A DNA stretch of 64,000 bases from Actinomycetes bacterium. GTDB taxonomy: Bacteria > Actinomycetota > UBA4738 > HRBIN12. Below are positions 63,839 to 64,000 of the stretch, piece after piece. Made by a program: the position numbers and the translations under genes. Each line of letters starts with the position of its first letter. Within the stretch, counting starts at the first letter, position 1. Below the pieces are notes generated by a model, which saw nothing but the letters and a program-made list of their open reading frames with translations, had not been told where the DNA came from and ran no database searches. The DNA lies in the NCBI GenBank assembly GCA_021155985.1, contig JAJNBA010000005.1, positions 61,855 through 125,854 of the forward strand. Direction: 5' to 3'.

Positions 63839-64000
63839 TCAGCCGGTCTCGACCAGCCGTTCCAGGATCTGCGTCTCCGGCGAGAAGCCGGCGAGTCGCA
63901 CGTGCTCCGCCGTTCCGCCCGGAAGGGCCGCCTCCGGCGCGAGGCCGACGATCTCGGAGTCGATCACCTCGAGCCCGCGTGCGGCCGCCGCGCGCACGAC
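63839..64000 (-). CDS. Glutamate formimidoyltransferase, C-terminal fragment (truncated by window end)
   Basis: SEIVGLAPEAAL...F...QILE pattern, upstream of the cyclodeaminase. Confidence 0.75.
   Translation of the reverse strand, partial: VVRAAAARGLEVIDSEIVGLAPEAALPGGTAEHVRLAGFSPETQILERLVETG

Overview
GC-rich bacterial chromosomal window, most consistent with Actinomycetota (PASTA kinase next to nfo, UdgX, ECF42-type sigma, Gram-positive SOS box, SD-sequestering TPP riboswitch, many leaderless-type starts). No rRNA, tRNA, CRISPR or mobile element was found. The left half has housekeeping and envelope genes: UdgX, rocD, a DUF6504-like gene with an upstream SOS box, SGNH/AT3 O-acyltransferases, an operon encoding a GT-C-like membrane protein, SqdB and a DUF2304-GT2 fusion, psuG and a PfkB kinase, TPP riboswitch-thiE, tandem PPi- and ATP-type Pfk, and arcE-like plus arcC. 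The right half (about 32.2-64 kb) is a coherent methylated-amine/C1 region. It contains a selenocysteine formate dehydrogenase with SECIS, a heterotetrameric sarcosine-oxidase-family operon, an APC permease, TMAO demethylase (Tdm), MgdA, MgsABC, GmaS, Fhs, a cyclodeaminase and a formiminotransferase. Canonical TMA monooxygenase (Tmm) and DMA monooxygenase (Dmm) are absent from the window. Tdm is instead flanked by an ACAD-fold flavoprotein without the usual catalytic Glu, a PhyH-type Fe/2OG dioxygenase and a flavin reductase-cNMP fusion; this is the best candidate for an undescribed system. Several genes carry frameshifts or short deletions, so assembly error is likely and apparent fusions or pseudogenes need read-level checking. 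All family calls come from motif recognition by eye, not database searches.
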